Source: an uncultured Gemmatimonadales bacterium
GTDB lineage: Bacteria > Gemmatimonadota > Gemmatimonadetes > Gemmatimonadales > Gemmatimonadaceae
Length of the DNA stretch: 64,000 bases
Direction: 5' to 3'
NCBI GenBank assembly: GCA_963701965.1
Contig: OY969695.1
Location: 4,000,001 to 4,064,000 of the forward strand
The translations under genes were made by a program, and so were the position numbers. The notes below the pieces were generated by a model. That model worked only from the letters and a program-made list of their open reading frames with translations, had not been told where the DNA came from and made no database searches. Shown here in pieces: positions 1-9,885 of this stretch; within the stretch, counting starts at the first letter, position 1; the number at the start of each line of letters is the position of its first letter.

Positions 1-1
1 G

Positions 2-151
2 CTGGCGGCGCGGCTCCGCCTCTCCGTCGAGCAGGCGAACCCGTTGGCCAACTTGAAGGTACGTGACGGCGTCTTTGATTCGCTCGTCACAGACGAAGTC
101 GCGCCGTTGTTGATGTTGCCGATCGGCTTGGCCCTCCGCCACGCCGCGTGA
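2..151 (+). CDS. pilM: Type IV pilus assembly protein PilM, C-terminal fragment (5' truncated by window)
   Basis: Frame 2 reads LAARLRLSVEQANPLANLKV...APLLMLPIGLALRHAA*, a typical PilM C-terminus (ANP...GLALR), directly upstream of pilN. Confidence 0.85.
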   Translation: MAARLRLSVEQANPLANLKVRDGVFDSLVTDEVAPLLMLPIGLALRHAA

Positions 152-172
152 CGTCCCCCCGAGAGCGATTCC

Positions 173-895
173 ATGATTGAAATCAACCTGCTGCCTGGTG
201 CTGGAAAGAAAGCGCGCGGCAAAGCCGCGCGCGCTGACGTCGGCTCGAAGGTCGCCGGCGCCGTCTCCCACATCAAGCAGCCGTATCTCATCGCCTGCGT
301 GGCCTGCCTCGTCGTCGCCGGCGCCGTCGTCTACCTGATGAACGTGCGCCAACAGGCGGTGGCCAACGAGCTCGCCGCGACGGAACAGAAGCAGGTGCAG
401 GACTCGACCCGGTACGCGGCCGTCCTGCGCGAGAAGCGCAAGGCCGAGACGCAGCGGGACTCGGTCATGCACCAGCTCAACATCATCAAGGCGATCGACA
501 ACAATCGCTTCGTCTGGCCCCACGTGATGGATGAGGTCAGCCGGGCGATGCCGCAGTACACGTGGCTGACGGCCCTGGAGCAAACCAGCGCCGTGGCCGT
601 CGTCGGCGCGATCGACACGACGAAGAAGACGAAGAAAGCCAAGGCCGAGATGGACGACGAGCCGCCGCCGGCGCTCAAGTTCCGGTTGACCGGCAACACC
701 GTCGACATTCAGGCCCTGACGCGGTTCATGAAGCTCCTCGAGGCCTCGCCCTTCATTCAGAACGTGCAGCTCGAGAAGTCGGACCTGGCGACGGTCGATG
801 GCAAGGACGTGACCCAATTCTCGCTCACGGCCGAGTATCAGACGCCCGATTCGACGGCGATTCGGACGGTCCCGCTCACTCTGTCGGTGAGGTAA
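173..895 (+). CDS. pilN: Type IV pilus assembly protein PilN
   Basis: MIEINLLP N-terminal motif, single TM helix, coiled coil, then ferredoxin-like PilN domain (FMKLLEASPFIQNVQL). Confidence 0.9.
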   Translation: MIEINLLPGAGKKARGKAARADVGSKVAGAVSHIKQPYLIACVACLVVAGAVVYLMNVRQQAVANELAATEQKQVQDSTRYAAVLREKRKAETQRDSVMHQLNIIKAIDNNRFVWPHVMDEVSRAMPQYTWLTALEQTSAVAVVGAIDTTKKTKKAKAEMDDEPPPALKFRLTGNTVDIQALTRFMKLLEASPFIQNVQLEKSDLATVDGKDVTQFSLTAEYQTPDSTAIRTVPLTLSVR

Positions 896-898
896 CCC

Positions 899-1543
899 AT
901 GGCCTTTCCGCCAAAGAACTCACGCGACCTGGCCTACACCGCCGGCTGCGTGGCCGCATTCGCCGGGATCTTCTTCTATTGGTCGTCGGTCTTCACGCCC
1001 AAGGAAGCGGAGCAGGCGGCCGTGCGCTCCCACATTGGCCAGCTCGAGCAGTCGAACCAGCGCGCCAAGGCCGAGTTGGCCAAAGGCAGCGTGAACGATC
1101 TGCGCGCCCAGGCGCTGCGCTATCAGCAGAACCTGCAGCTCATGCGGCAGCTGGTCCCGACCAGCAACGAAGTGCCGGCGCTCCTGGAGCAGGTCTCCAC
1201 GGCCGCCCGGCGCGTGAACCTCGAGCTCGCCGGCGTCGATCCGGAGCCGGTGATCACGGGCGACCAGTTCGACACCTATCGCTATCAGATCAGCGTGATC
1301 GGCGATTACCACGCGTTGGCCGCGTTCCTGACCAACGTCGGTTCGCTGACCCGTATCGTGGCCCCGGTCAATCTCAAGCTGGCGCCGGTCTCCGGTAATG
1401 ATGCGCGTGGACACCCCATGACGCACAGCCGGTCGGCCCTGAGCTCCAAGTTCGAGATCCAGACGTACGTGGCCCGGTCCAGCGGCGCCAATGCCGACCA
1501 GTCCCCTCACGCCCGGTTGCCGAAACCCGGAGCGAAGTCATGA
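899..1543 (+). CDS. pilO: Type IV pilus assembly protein PilO
   Basis: N-terminal TM, coiled coil, LVPTSNEVPALLEQVS and GDYHALAAFLTNVGSLTRIV motifs; position in pilMNOPQ. Confidence 0.9.
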   Translation: MAFPPKNSRDLAYTAGCVAAFAGIFFYWSSVFTPKEAEQAAVRSHIGQLEQSNQRAKAELAKGSVNDLRAQALRYQQNLQLMRQLVPTSNEVPALLEQVSTAARRVNLELAGVDPEPVITGDQFDTYRYQISVIGDYHALAAFLTNVGSLTRIVAPVNLKLAPVSGNDARGHPMTHSRSALSSKFEIQTYVARSSGANADQSPHARLPKPGAKS

Positions 1544-2334
1544 TGCGTTCCTTGAGCGCGCTCGCGCTCGCGGCTCTCCTGATCCCCCGCGCGCCCGTGA
1601 GCGCGCAGGGCATGATCAACGGCCCGAAGACCGCCGCCAAGAACGCGGCGGCCGCGACCAACGCGCATACGACCGCGGAACAGAGCCCGACGGCGACAGC
1701 GACGACGACTCCGGCGACGACCACTCCGGTGGCGACGACGACCGCCAAGACGACGCCCGCGGCTCCGGCCATGGCGCCGCTCCCACCGCGCTTCACGCGT
1801 ACGACGACTTCGATCGCGGCGACGGCGAAGCCGACGACCGCGGTGCCGGCGGCCAAAGTGACCCCGGCTCCGGCCAGCGCGACGGCGATCAAGATCACGC
1901 CCAAGACCACCGCCAAGCTGACGGCGGCCTCGGCGGCGCCGGCGACGACGTCGGACACCGGTTCCCGGTCGATCTCGGTGACGCAGCGCGGCATGAAGGG
2001 GGAAGTCTCGCTGGAACGGGAAGTGTTCAGCTACGACGCGGGAGGCCGGCGCGACCCGTTCGTGTCGCTGCTCCGCAATGGCGACCTGCGGCCGATGCTG
2101 AACGACCTGCGCCTGGTGACGGTGATCTACGATCCCACCGGACGCAATTCGATCGCGATCATGCGCGACGTCTCCACCAAGGACCAGTATCGGGTGCGAG
2201 TCGGGACGACCTTGGGCCGGATGCGGGTGGCCCAGATCGAGCCGCGCGAGATCGTGTTCACGATCGAAGAGATCGGGTTCAGCCGCCAGGAACTGCTGGC
2301 GCTCGGTGATTCATCAACAGCGAGGACGCAATGA
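1540..2334 (+). CDS. PilP-like pilus assembly protein with long Thr/Ala/Pro-rich linker
   Basis: Signal peptide, low-complexity linker, GRRDPFVSLL motif and beta-domain (YRVRVGTTLGRMRVAQIEPREIVF); lies between pilO and pilQ. Confidence 0.7.
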   Translation: MMRSLSALALAALLIPRAPVSAQGMINGPKTAAKNAAAATNAHTTAEQSPTATATTTPATTTPVATTTAKTTPAAPAMAPLPPRFTRTTTSIAATAKPTTAVPAAKVTPAPASATAIKITPKTTAKLTAASAAPATTSDTGSRSISVTQRGMKGEVSLEREVFSYDAGGRRDPFVSLLRNGDLRPMLNDLRLVTVIYDPTGRNSIAIMRDVSTKDQYRVRVGTTLGRMRVAQIEPREIVFTIEEIGFSRQELLALGDSSTARTQ

Positions 2335-4292
2335 AGCAAGTCTGGACGCTGATCGCCGCCGGCACCGTCGCGCTTGCGAGCGCGCGCGGCGCGGGTGCGG
2401 CGACCGCCGACCCGGGGGATACCCCGCCGGCGCCCCGCGGAGCAGCCGTCACGGGGGTCAGCGTACTCCCGTCGGACGGTCGAGCGGATGTGGTGGTCGA
2501 CGTCGACGGAGCGGTCGACGTGCAGGATTTCGTTCTCGAGATGCAGCCCTATCGTGTGGTTCTCGATCTCACCGGCGCCCGGTTGAGCATCGGCTCCCAC
2601 TTCTATGATCGGATCGCGCGCGGCGCCGTCACCAACGTGCGCTACGCGCAGTACAAAGCCGGCGTCGTCCGCGTGGTGGTCGAACTGGACGGCCCGCGCA
2701 AGTACACGATGACCCGCGATGACCACGCGGTGCACCTCAAGTTCGAGGGTGGCGAGCCCAAGTTCGCCGCCTGGAACTCGGGCGTGTCGCTGGTGCCCGT
2801 CGTCGCGGTGGCGGCGGTGAAAGAGTCGCCGCGGGCCGCGGATGTCGCGGTGCCCACGCCGATGGCCTCGGATATCGTGGCCACGAACGCCGGCGTGCTG
2901 GTGACGCCGATCGTCAAGCGCTCCGATGTCCCGATGGCCGGACACAGTGTGCTGCAGCATGGAACCCAGTCCCAGCAGCCGCGCATGACGGTGACGTATC
3001 AGGACGCCGATATTCGCGATGTCCTGGCGGCGTTCGCCGCCTTCTCCGGCCGCACGGTCGTGGTGGGCCGCGAAGTCGAAGGCAAAGTGACCGCCGAAGT
3101 CCGGGATCAACCGTGGGACGTCGCGCTCCAGGCGGTGCTGAGCGCCCAGCAGCTCGCGGCCTCGGAAGACCAGTATGGCATCATTACGGTGGATTCCTAC
3201 AAGAACATTCAGTCCAAGCAAGCCAGCGAACCGTTGATCACCCAGCTGGTGTCGATCAATTACGCCAGCGCGCCGTCCTTGGTCAAAACCGTCGAGTCGC
3301 TGTTGGCGCGCGACTGCGGCGGTGCGGCCGCCGGCGGGGCGTCCGGCGCGGGCTGCCTGGCGCGCGGCAACGTGGTCGCCGACTCGGGCACGAACTCGCT
3401 CCTGATCACGGAATCGCAGTCGCACATGAACGACGTGGTCAACTATGTGCGCGACCTCGACATCCGGACGCCGCAGGTGTCGATCAAGGCCAAGATCGTG
3501 TTCATCAATCGGACGGTCACCCAGAACCTCGGGCTGGCCTACGACTTCGAGGAGCCGACCCAGTACTTCAACAAGCTCGTCGACCACGTCAATCCGACGC
3601 AGGCCCCGAGCTTGTTCGATCCGAACACGTACGTCGTGAACGTGGGTGGCGACGCGCTGGCCGGGATCTCGAACGCCAGCCGGCCGTTCGCCAGCTCGGC
3701 GGCGCTCAACCTGATCTACTCGATGAGCCTCGGGAAGTTCTCGCTGACGTCCTTCCTCGACGCGCTCTCGCTGAACAACATGTCCGACGTCCAGGCCGAG
3801 CCCAGTGTCGTGACGCTCGACAACCGCCCGGCCAAGATCCAGGTCGGACAAGAAACCCCGATCCGCGTGATCGACGCCAGCTCCAACGGCGTCGGCGGAA
3901 CGGCGCGCGCCACGGTGAGCTTCAAGGAAACCGGTATCATCCTGCAGGTGACACCGCATATCACGAACAATGGCCAGGTGCTGATGCAGCTCCACGCGGA
4001 GCAGTCGACGCTCTCGCAGACGGGCGGTGACCTGGGCTTCTTCTTCTTCAAGCGGTACGCCGACAATCAGCTGTTGGTCAACGACGGCGAGACGGCGGTG
4101 ATCGGCGGGCTCACCCAGACGACGGTCACGAAACAAAAGCAGGGTATTCCGATCCTCTCCGATCTCCCGATCATCGGCGGTCTCTTCTCCCAGACGTCGA
4201 ACGAAGAGGACAAGCAGGACTTGCTGATTCTCGTCACACCGCACATTCTGCCCGATAACGAGCCCGTTCGCTCGGCGAACGCGAACCGGTAA
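2331..4292 (+). CDS. pilQ: Type IV pilus secretin PilQ (AMIN + N domains + secretin)
   Basis: Signal peptide, AMIN-like domain, DADIRDVL, PWDVAL, ETGIILQVTPHI, GIPILSDLPIIGGLF, LLILVTPHIL. Confidence 0.95.
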   Translation: MKQVWTLIAAGTVALASARGAGAATADPGDTPPAPRGAAVTGVSVLPSDGRADVVVDVDGAVDVQDFVLEMQPYRVVLDLTGARLSIGSHFYDRIARGAVTNVRYAQYKAGVVRVVVELDGPRKYTMTRDDHAVHLKFEGGEPKFAAWNSGVSLVPVVAVAAVKESPRAADVAVPTPMASDIVATNAGVLVTPIVKRSDVPMAGHSVLQHGTQSQQPRMTVTYQDADIRDVLAAFAAFSGRTVVVGREVEGKVTAEVRDQPWDVALQAVLSAQQLAASEDQYGIITVDSYKNIQSKQASEPLITQLVSINYASAPSLVKTVESLLARDCGGAAAGGASGAGCLARGNVVADSGTNSLLITESQSHMNDVVNYVRDLDIRTPQVSIKAKIVFINRTVTQNLGLAYDFEEPTQYFNKLVDHVNPTQAPSLFDPNTYVVNVGGDALAGISNASRPFASSAALNLIYSMSLGKFSLTSFLDALSLNNMSDVQAEPSVVTLDNRPAKIQVGQETPIRVIDASSNGVGGTARATVSFKETGIILQVTPHITNNGQVLMQLHAEQSTLSQTGGDLGFFFFKRYADNQLLVNDGETAVIGGLTQTTVTKQKQGIPILSDLPIIGGLFSQTSNEEDKQDLLILVTPHILPDNEPVRSANANR

Positions 4293-4319
4293 CACGGTCC
4301 AGCGCTCCAGAACGTGGCG

Positions 4320-4362
4320 ACGAGCCCGGCCGGATGATCCGGCCGGGCTCGTGGCCTTTTCT
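4320..4362 (+). terminator. Strong hairpin, probable intrinsic terminator or stabiliser after pilQ
   Basis: ACGAGCCCGGCCGGA-TGA-TCCGGCCGGGCTCGT perfect 15-bp stem, followed by GGCCTTTTCT. Confidence 0.6.
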
Positions 4363-4376
4363 CTAGGGAGATCGGC

Positions 4377-5571
4377 GTGACGCTGCGATTCACCACCGCG
4401 GGAGAGTCACACGGCCCGGCGCTGGTCAGCGTGCTGGAAGGCATGCCGGCCGGCGTGCCGCTGCTGGCGGTCGACGTCAACGCGGACCTGGCCCGCCGCC
4501 AACAGGGCTACGGGCGCGGGCGCCGCATGGTGATCGAGCGCGACGAGATCGAGTGGCTCTCGGGCGTGCGCGCCGGCGAAACGCTCGGCTCCCCGATCGC
4601 CATGCTGATCCGGAACCGGGACTGGACCAACTGGCAGGACATCATGGACCCCGCGCCCCGTGACGACGACTCGGCGTCAGGTCGGCGCCGCGCGGTCACG
4701 CGCCCGCGCCCCGGACACGCGGACCTCACGGGGGTGCTCAAGTACGACCGCGATGATGCCCGGGACATCCTGGAACGCGCCTCGGCCCGTGAGACTACGG
4801 CGCGCGTGGCGGCGGCCGCCATATGCCGGCGTCTCCTCCGGGAGTTCGAGATCGCGATCGGCAGCCACTTGGTCCACCTGGGCGGCATCGACGCCCAACG
4901 CCCGGCGTGCCTTCCGCCCGACCTCAACGCGGCGGCCGATGTGTCCCCGCTGCGCACGCTGGACGCCGCCGCCGAGGAGCGAATGATCGCCGCGATCGAC
5001 GTCGCCAAGCGCGAGGGCAATACGCTGGGTGGCATTCTGTGAGGTCGTCGCCGATGGCCTGCCCGTCGGCCTGGGCTCGCACGTGTCGTGGGACCGCAAG
5101 CTCGATGGCCGGTTGGCGCAGGCGCTCATGTCGATTCCCGCGGTCAAAGGCGTCGAGATGGGCCTCGGATTCGAGACGGCTCGGCGCACGGGTGCCCAAG
5201 TGCACGACGAGATCGAATCGGCCCCGGGGCGAAAGCTCACGGGTAACGTGCGTCGGCGGACGAATCGCGCCGGTGGACTGGAAGCGGGGATGACGACGGG
5301 CGAGCCGCTCGTGATCCGCGTGGCCATGAAGCCCATCAGCACGCTCATGCGCCCGCTCCAAACGATCGACCTGGCGACCGGCGCGCCGGCCGCTGCCGTC
5401 GCCGAGCGCAGCGACGTGACCGCGGTACCGGCCATGGGCGTGATCGCCGAGGCGATGGTCGCGCTGGTGTTGGCGGACGCCTTCGTCGAGAAGTTCGGCG
5501 GGGATTCGTTGGGCGAGCTGCGCCGGAACTACGACGCGTACCTGGATCACATCGCGCGCCGTCTCCCTTGA
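4377..5571 (+). pseudogene. aroC: Chorismate synthase split by a +1 frameshift (probably a sequencing indel)
   Basis: ORF 4377-5042 (FTTAGESHG, PRPGHAD, LERASARET) and ORF 5029-5571 ([36 protein letters not shown]) are the two halves. Removing one T at 5035/5036 gives GNTLGGICEVV. Confidence 0.9.
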
Positions 5572-6083
5572 ACGCCCACCTGGTCCTGGTCGGCCTCCCG
5601 GGCGCCGGCAAGAGCTCCGTCGGGTCGGGACTGGCCGCGCGACTCAAAGCACGGTTCGTCGACCTCGATCGAGAGATCACCCGCCGGACCGGCAGGACGC
5701 CGCACATGATCATCACAGACGACGGCGAGGAGGCGTTCCGGCAGCTCGAGTTCGACACCACGGCAGAGCTCGTTACACTCGAGCCCGCTGTCGTCGCGCC
5801 GGGCGGCGGCTGGGTGACAAGACCGCGCACCGTCGCCCTGATCCGCCCGCCGGCCAAACTCGTACATCTTCGTGTCAGTCCGGACGTTGCGCTCCGTCGT
5901 CTTGGCAGCGGAATCGTGGCTCGCCCCCTGCTCGATGGGAGTGATCCGCGAGCCGTGCTCATGGCCCTCGCCGAGGCCCGGGAATCGTTCTATGGAAGCG
6001 CGGATTGGGTGGTTGATACGGAAGCCATTACCGTGCAAGAAGTTATCCACATGCTCGTCGAGCTTGTCTCTCAAGTACGTTGA
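5568..6083 (+). CDS. aroK: Shikimate kinase
   Basis: [14 protein letters not shown]-loop, [24 protein letters not shown] start overlapping the aroC stop. Confidence 0.9.
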   Translation: MNAHLVLVGLPGAGKSSVGSGLAARLKARFVDLDREITRRTGRTPHMIITDDGEEAFRQLEFDTTAELVTLEPAVVAPGGGWVTRPRTVALIRPPAKLVHLRVSPDVALRRLGSGIVARPLLDGSDPRAVLMALAEARESFYGSADWVVDTEAITVQEVIHMLVELVSQVR

Positions 6084-6133
6084 GGATATGGTACTGCTCG
6101 GAAAGCAATGATGGCGCATTGCCCAAGGACTTT

Positions 6134-6370
6134 ATGACGTTTCGGATACTTGGCCCACACGAGCGCGCGCGGTTTGCCCCGGAAGCCTGGGGCCACCTGT
6201 TGTCGCTGCGCGGCGCGGGCATGCTGACTGCCGCCGATTTGGAGCATGTCATTGATCGTGCGCTCGTTCACATTGACGGGCGAATTGCGTTGGATGACCT
6301 TCGATCGTTGATGGAAGGCACGGGCTTCGATGATGGTGGGCCCGCGGCCGATCACGCGATCGTTCATTAA
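6134..6370 (+). CDS. Small DUF494/Smg-like protein
   Basis: MTFRILGPHERARFAPEAWGHLLSLRGAGMLTAADLEHVIDRAL resembles the Smg C-terminal domain; lies upstream of topA as smg usually does; AAGGA before ATG 6134. Confidence 0.7.
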   Translation: MTFRILGPHERARFAPEAWGHLLSLRGAGMLTAADLEHVIDRALVHIDGRIALDDLRSLMEGTGFDDGGPAADHAIVH

Positions 6371-6374
6371 TAAA

Positions 6375-8855
6375 ATGCCTACGAAAAAGAAGGGCGGACC
6401 GGAAAAGCGCAGCGCCACCAAGCGCGCAAAAGCGACTCCGGCAACCGCGAAGACTCGCAAGACTGCTCCCACGAGCGCTCGCCGCAGCGCCCCGCCGCCC
6501 GAATCCACGGACGAGCCGGGCGACGGTTCAGGGCGCGGCACGTCCCTGGTGATCGTCGAGTCGCCCGCGAAGGCCAAGACCATCGGCAAGTATCTGGGTC
6601 GTGGCTATCGCGTGAAGGCGACTGTCGGCCATCTCCGCGATCTGCCGGAGAAAAAGCTGGGGATCGATGTCGACAACGGCTTCGAGCCCGAGTACGTCAC
6701 GATCCAGGGCAAGGAAAAGACGCTGGCGGAGCTCAAGAGCGCGGCGCACGAATCGCGCGAGATCTTCCTGGCGACCGACCCTGATCGCGAAGGCGAGGCG
6801 ATCGCGTGGCACGTCTCGGAGCAGATCAAGCGGCGCGGCGGCGCGCCGATCCGCCGGGCGCGTTTTCACGAAATCACGAAAGACGCGGTGCAAAAAGCCC
6901 TGGCCGCGGCTGGCGACATCGACGACCGCAAGGTCGAAGCGCAGCAGGCGCGCCGCGTCCTCGACCGGTTGGTGGGATACAAGGCCAGCCCGGTGCTGTG
7001 GAAGACCGTGAAAAAGGGTCTCTCGGCCGGTCGCGTGCAGACGGTCGCGTTGCGCTTGTTGGTGGAGCGTGAGCGCGAGATTCGCGCGTTCAAGCCGGTG
7101 GAGTACTGGACGATCGCGGCGGCCCTGGAGCACGAGGGCCAGCAGTTCGGCGCCAAGCTCCATCAGGTCGATGGCAAGAAGCCGGAGATCTCCACCCAAG
7201 ACGAAGCGCAGCGCATCGTCGATGAGGCGACCGCCGCCGCCGCGCAGCTGCGCGCCGTGGCCAATGGCGCGCGCCCGTCGACGGATGGCGTTGGCGTCTT
7301 TCTCGTTACGGATCTCAAGCGCCGCGAGCGCCGCAAGAACCCCCAGGCGCCGTTCACGACCAGTACGCTGCAACAGGAAGCGGCCAAGAAGCTGGGCTAC
7401 GGGTCAAAGCGCACGATGCGTCTGGCGCAGGATCTGTACGAGGGCATCGAAGTGGGCGCCGACGGCCAGGTCGGACTCATCACGTATATGCGGACCGACT
7501 CGACCCGCATCGCCGAGAGCGCCGCGACGCAAGCGCGCGACTATCTGCGCGGATTGTTCGGGGAGGACTATCTGGCCGCCGGCGGCCCGCAACTCTATGG
7601 GGACGGCAAAGCCAAGAACGCGCAGGAGGCCCACGAGGGCATTCGGCCCACCGATCCGACGCGGCGTCCAGAACTGATCCAGCGCCATCTGTCGCCGGAC
7701 CAGTTCAAGCTCTACCAGTTGATCTGGCAACGGTTCATGGCGTCGCAGATGGCGCCCGCCATCTTCGACACGACGACGGTCGATTTCGATCTGGGCCGGT
7801 ATCTGTTCCGTTCCACCGGCAGCGTCATCAAGTTCACGGGGTTCCTGACGCTGTACCGGGAAACGCGCGAAGAGGGCGACGGCCGCACGCTGGAGGACGA
7901 GCAGGCGCTGCCGGTGCTGGAGACGGGTGCCTACGTCCCGGTGCGGGAGATCGCGCCGTCACAGCATTTCACCGAGCCGCCGCCGCGCTTTTCGGAGGCG
8001 AGCCTGGTGAAAGAGCTGGAGCGCCTCGGCATCGGACGTCCGTCGACGTACGCGTCGATCATCTCGACGCTGGTCGATCGGCGCTACGCGCAGCTCGAGC
8101 AGCGGCGCTTTTTCCCGACGCCGTTGGGCGAGAGTGTCGAGAAGGTCATGATCCGGCAGTTCCCGGACGTGTTCGACGTGACGTTTACGTCGAGCATGGA
8201 AGACCAGCTCGACAAGATCGAGGACGGCGAACGGAGTTGGCAGCGCGTGCTGACGGACTTCTACAAGCCGTTCTCCAACCGCCTGGCGCGCGTCGACGTC
8301 GAAGATTTGATCGGCGCCGCGCACGACTTGACGGCGGTCGCCGGCGAGCGGTGTCCGGACTGCGGCGGACGGCTGGTGCCCAAGGGTGGATTCTTCGGGC
8401 CGTTCCTGGCGTGCGAAAACCACCCCAAACTCTGCAAGCACACGCGTCCGCTCCGCGGGGACCGCAAGCCGGCGGAGCCCACGAACTACAAGTGCCACGA
8501 GTGTGGCTCGCCGATGCTCAAGCGCAACGGGCGGGCTGGGGACTTCCTCGGCTGCAGCCGCTTCCCGAAGTGCCGGGGCACGCGATCCATGCCGACGGGC
8601 GTCATGTGCCCGAAGGACGGTGGCGAACTGGCCGCGCGGCGGTCGAAGAAGCGCGGCAAGGCGTTCTACGGTTGCGAGAACTACCCGAATTGCGACTTCG
8701 TGACCTGGGACAAGCCGGTGCGGGAGACGTGCCCCGAGTGCGGGTACGAGGGCGCCGAGGCCAAGTCGACGAAGGCCCGCGGCGAGTACCGCCGGTGCCT
8801 CAAGTGCGCCAACGAATGGGACATCAAGACGCCCGAGGCGGCTGTCGCGGTTTAG
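6375..8855 (+). CDS. topA: DNA topoisomerase I (type IA) with C-terminal zinc ribbons
   Basis: LVIVESPAKAKTI, ATDPDREGE, SAGRVQT, LITYMRTDS, GIGRPSTYA and several C-x2-C ribbons; start taken at ATG 6375. Confidence 0.97.
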   Translation: MPTKKKGGPEKRSATKRAKATPATAKTRKTAPTSARRSAPPPESTDEPGDGSGRGTSLVIVESPAKAKTIGKYLGRGYRVKATVGHLRDLPEKKLGIDVDNGFEPEYVTIQGKEKTLAELKSAAHESREIFLATDPDREGEAIAWHVSEQIKRRGGAPIRRARFHEITKDAVQKALAAAGDIDDRKVEAQQARRVLDRLVGYKASPVLWKTVKKGLSAGRVQTVALRLLVEREREIRAFKPVEYWTIAAALEHEGQQFGAKLHQVDGKKPEISTQDEAQRIVDEATAAAAQLRAVANGARPSTDGVGVFLVTDLKRRERRKNPQAPFTTSTLQQEAAKKLGYGSKRTMRLAQDLYEGIEVGADGQVGLITYMRTDSTRIAESAATQARDYLRGLFGEDYLAAGGPQLYGDGKAKNAQEAHEGIRPTDPTRRPELIQRHLSPDQFKLYQLIWQRFMASQMAPAIFDTTTVDFDLGRYLFRSTGSVIKFTGFLTLYRETREEGDGRTLEDEQALPVLETGAYVPVREIAPSQHFTEPPPRFSEASLVKELERLGIGRPSTYASIISTLVDRRYAQLEQRRFFPTPLGESVEKVMIRQFPDVFDVTFTSSMEDQLDKIEDGERSWQRVLTDFYKPFSNRLARVDVEDLIGAAHDLTAVAGERCPDCGGRLVPKGGFFGPFLACENHPKLCKHTRPLRGDRKPAEPTNYKCHECGSPMLKRNGRAGDFLGCSRFPKCRGTRSMPTGVMCPKDGGELAARRSKKRGKAFYGCENYPNCDFVTWDKPVRETCPECGYEGAEAKSTKARGEYRRCLKCANEWDIKTPEAAVAV

Positions 8856-8858
8856 CGT

Positions 8859-9845
8859 CTAGGTCGTCGTCGACGGGAGGGGAAGGGGTGCGTCTTCCGT
8901 GCGGTCCAAGAGTCGCATGTCGATGCGCACACGGCCGTCCGGGGCCGGTTTGATGAAGACGTTGGAGAAGCGCGCGCCCCACCGGATTTCCGGCGCCGTG
9001 TACGACGAGCGCGAGTGCACCAGCTGGGACAGCACCTCGTCGGTCGCCGTCAGCATGATGAGCACCTCGGCCTCCGACTCCACCAGCTCCTCGTGCGTCA
9101 GCCCGTAGAGCGGGCTGTCTTCCCCGATCGGGTGCACGATAGTCCACGACAGGGAAAAGAAGATCACGCGCTGGCGCTCGAGCTTGAGCTCCGTGAACGT
9201 GCGGATCCGCACCCCGTCGACCAACTCGAACCGCGAGAACGTCACGGTGACGTCGACGTTCACCAACTCGGCCTGCCGCTCATTGGCCATCCGAAACATG
9301 AAGGCCGTCATGCCGCGATACGGCGACACCACCGCCTGGTCACTGAACCGGATGCGCGGCGCGGGCCGGGCGAACCGGGCGAAGATGACGCCCGTGGACA
9401 GCGCGATGGTCAGGATGCTGACCGTCGACTCCACGACGACCACGAAGTTCGCGGCCACCCCGTTGGGGATGATGTTGCCGTAGCCGATCGTGCCGAACGT
9501 CTCGACGCTGAAAAAGAACGCCTGCAGAAACCGGCCGCCCAGGGCGACGTTGGGGGGCGGGGTGAGCGCGCCCGGACCCATGGCATAAAAGATCAACCCG
9601 AACGTCGCGTTGATCACGAGGTAGACCGCGACGAACAGGAGCAGAAACTTGGGCCAGGAGATGGTCAGGAGCGACTGATAGGCCGAGAGTCGCGCCGAGA
9701 GGGTCTGACCGGCGCGTTCGGCATTGAACGTCCCGTCGCGATTCAGGAGTCGGAGACGACTCTCACGGGCGACGACGGAACCGAAGCCGAGGTCGTTCTG
9801 CTCTTGTCCGGGAACTAAGGGCTCGGGCTCGCGGGAAGTGCGCAT
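8859..9845 (-). CDS. Inward-rectifier potassium channel (KirBac family)
   Basis: Two TM helices, FFFSVETFGTIGYG selectivity filter, FARFARP, WTIVHPIGEDSPLYG cytoplasmic Kir domain. Confidence 0.92.
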   Translation of the reverse strand: MRTSREPEPLVPGQEQNDLGFGSVVARESRLRLLNRDGTFNAERAGQTLSARLSAYQSLLTISWPKFLLLFVAVYLVINATFGLIFYAMGPGALTPPPNVALGGRFLQAFFFSVETFGTIGYGNIIPNGVAANFVVVVESTVSILTIALSTGVIFARFARPAPRIRFSDQAVVSPYRGMTAFMFRMANERQAELVNVDVTVTFSRFELVDGVRIRTFTELKLERQRVIFFSLSWTIVHPIGEDSPLYGLTHEELVESEAEVLIMLTATDEVLSQLVHSRSSYTAPEIRWGARFSNVFIKPAPDGRVRIDMRLLDRTEDAPLPLPSTTT

Positions 9846-9885
9846 ACGCTGCCACGAGTATAGCGGACGACGCTAAATTCCCGCC

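Noticed and set aside
1640..1960. Tandem repeat or CRISPR-like array in the pilP-like gene (GCGACGACG runs)
   Set aside because: Explained by Thr/Ala codons of a low-complexity linker; no fixed repeat-spacer period.
2127..4295. Long antisense and alternative-frame ORFs (here and at 20830-22503, 47566-49464, 35565-37148, etc.)
   Set aside because: Shadow ORFs expected at high GC opposite well-supported genes; Arg/Gly/Pro-rich with no motifs.
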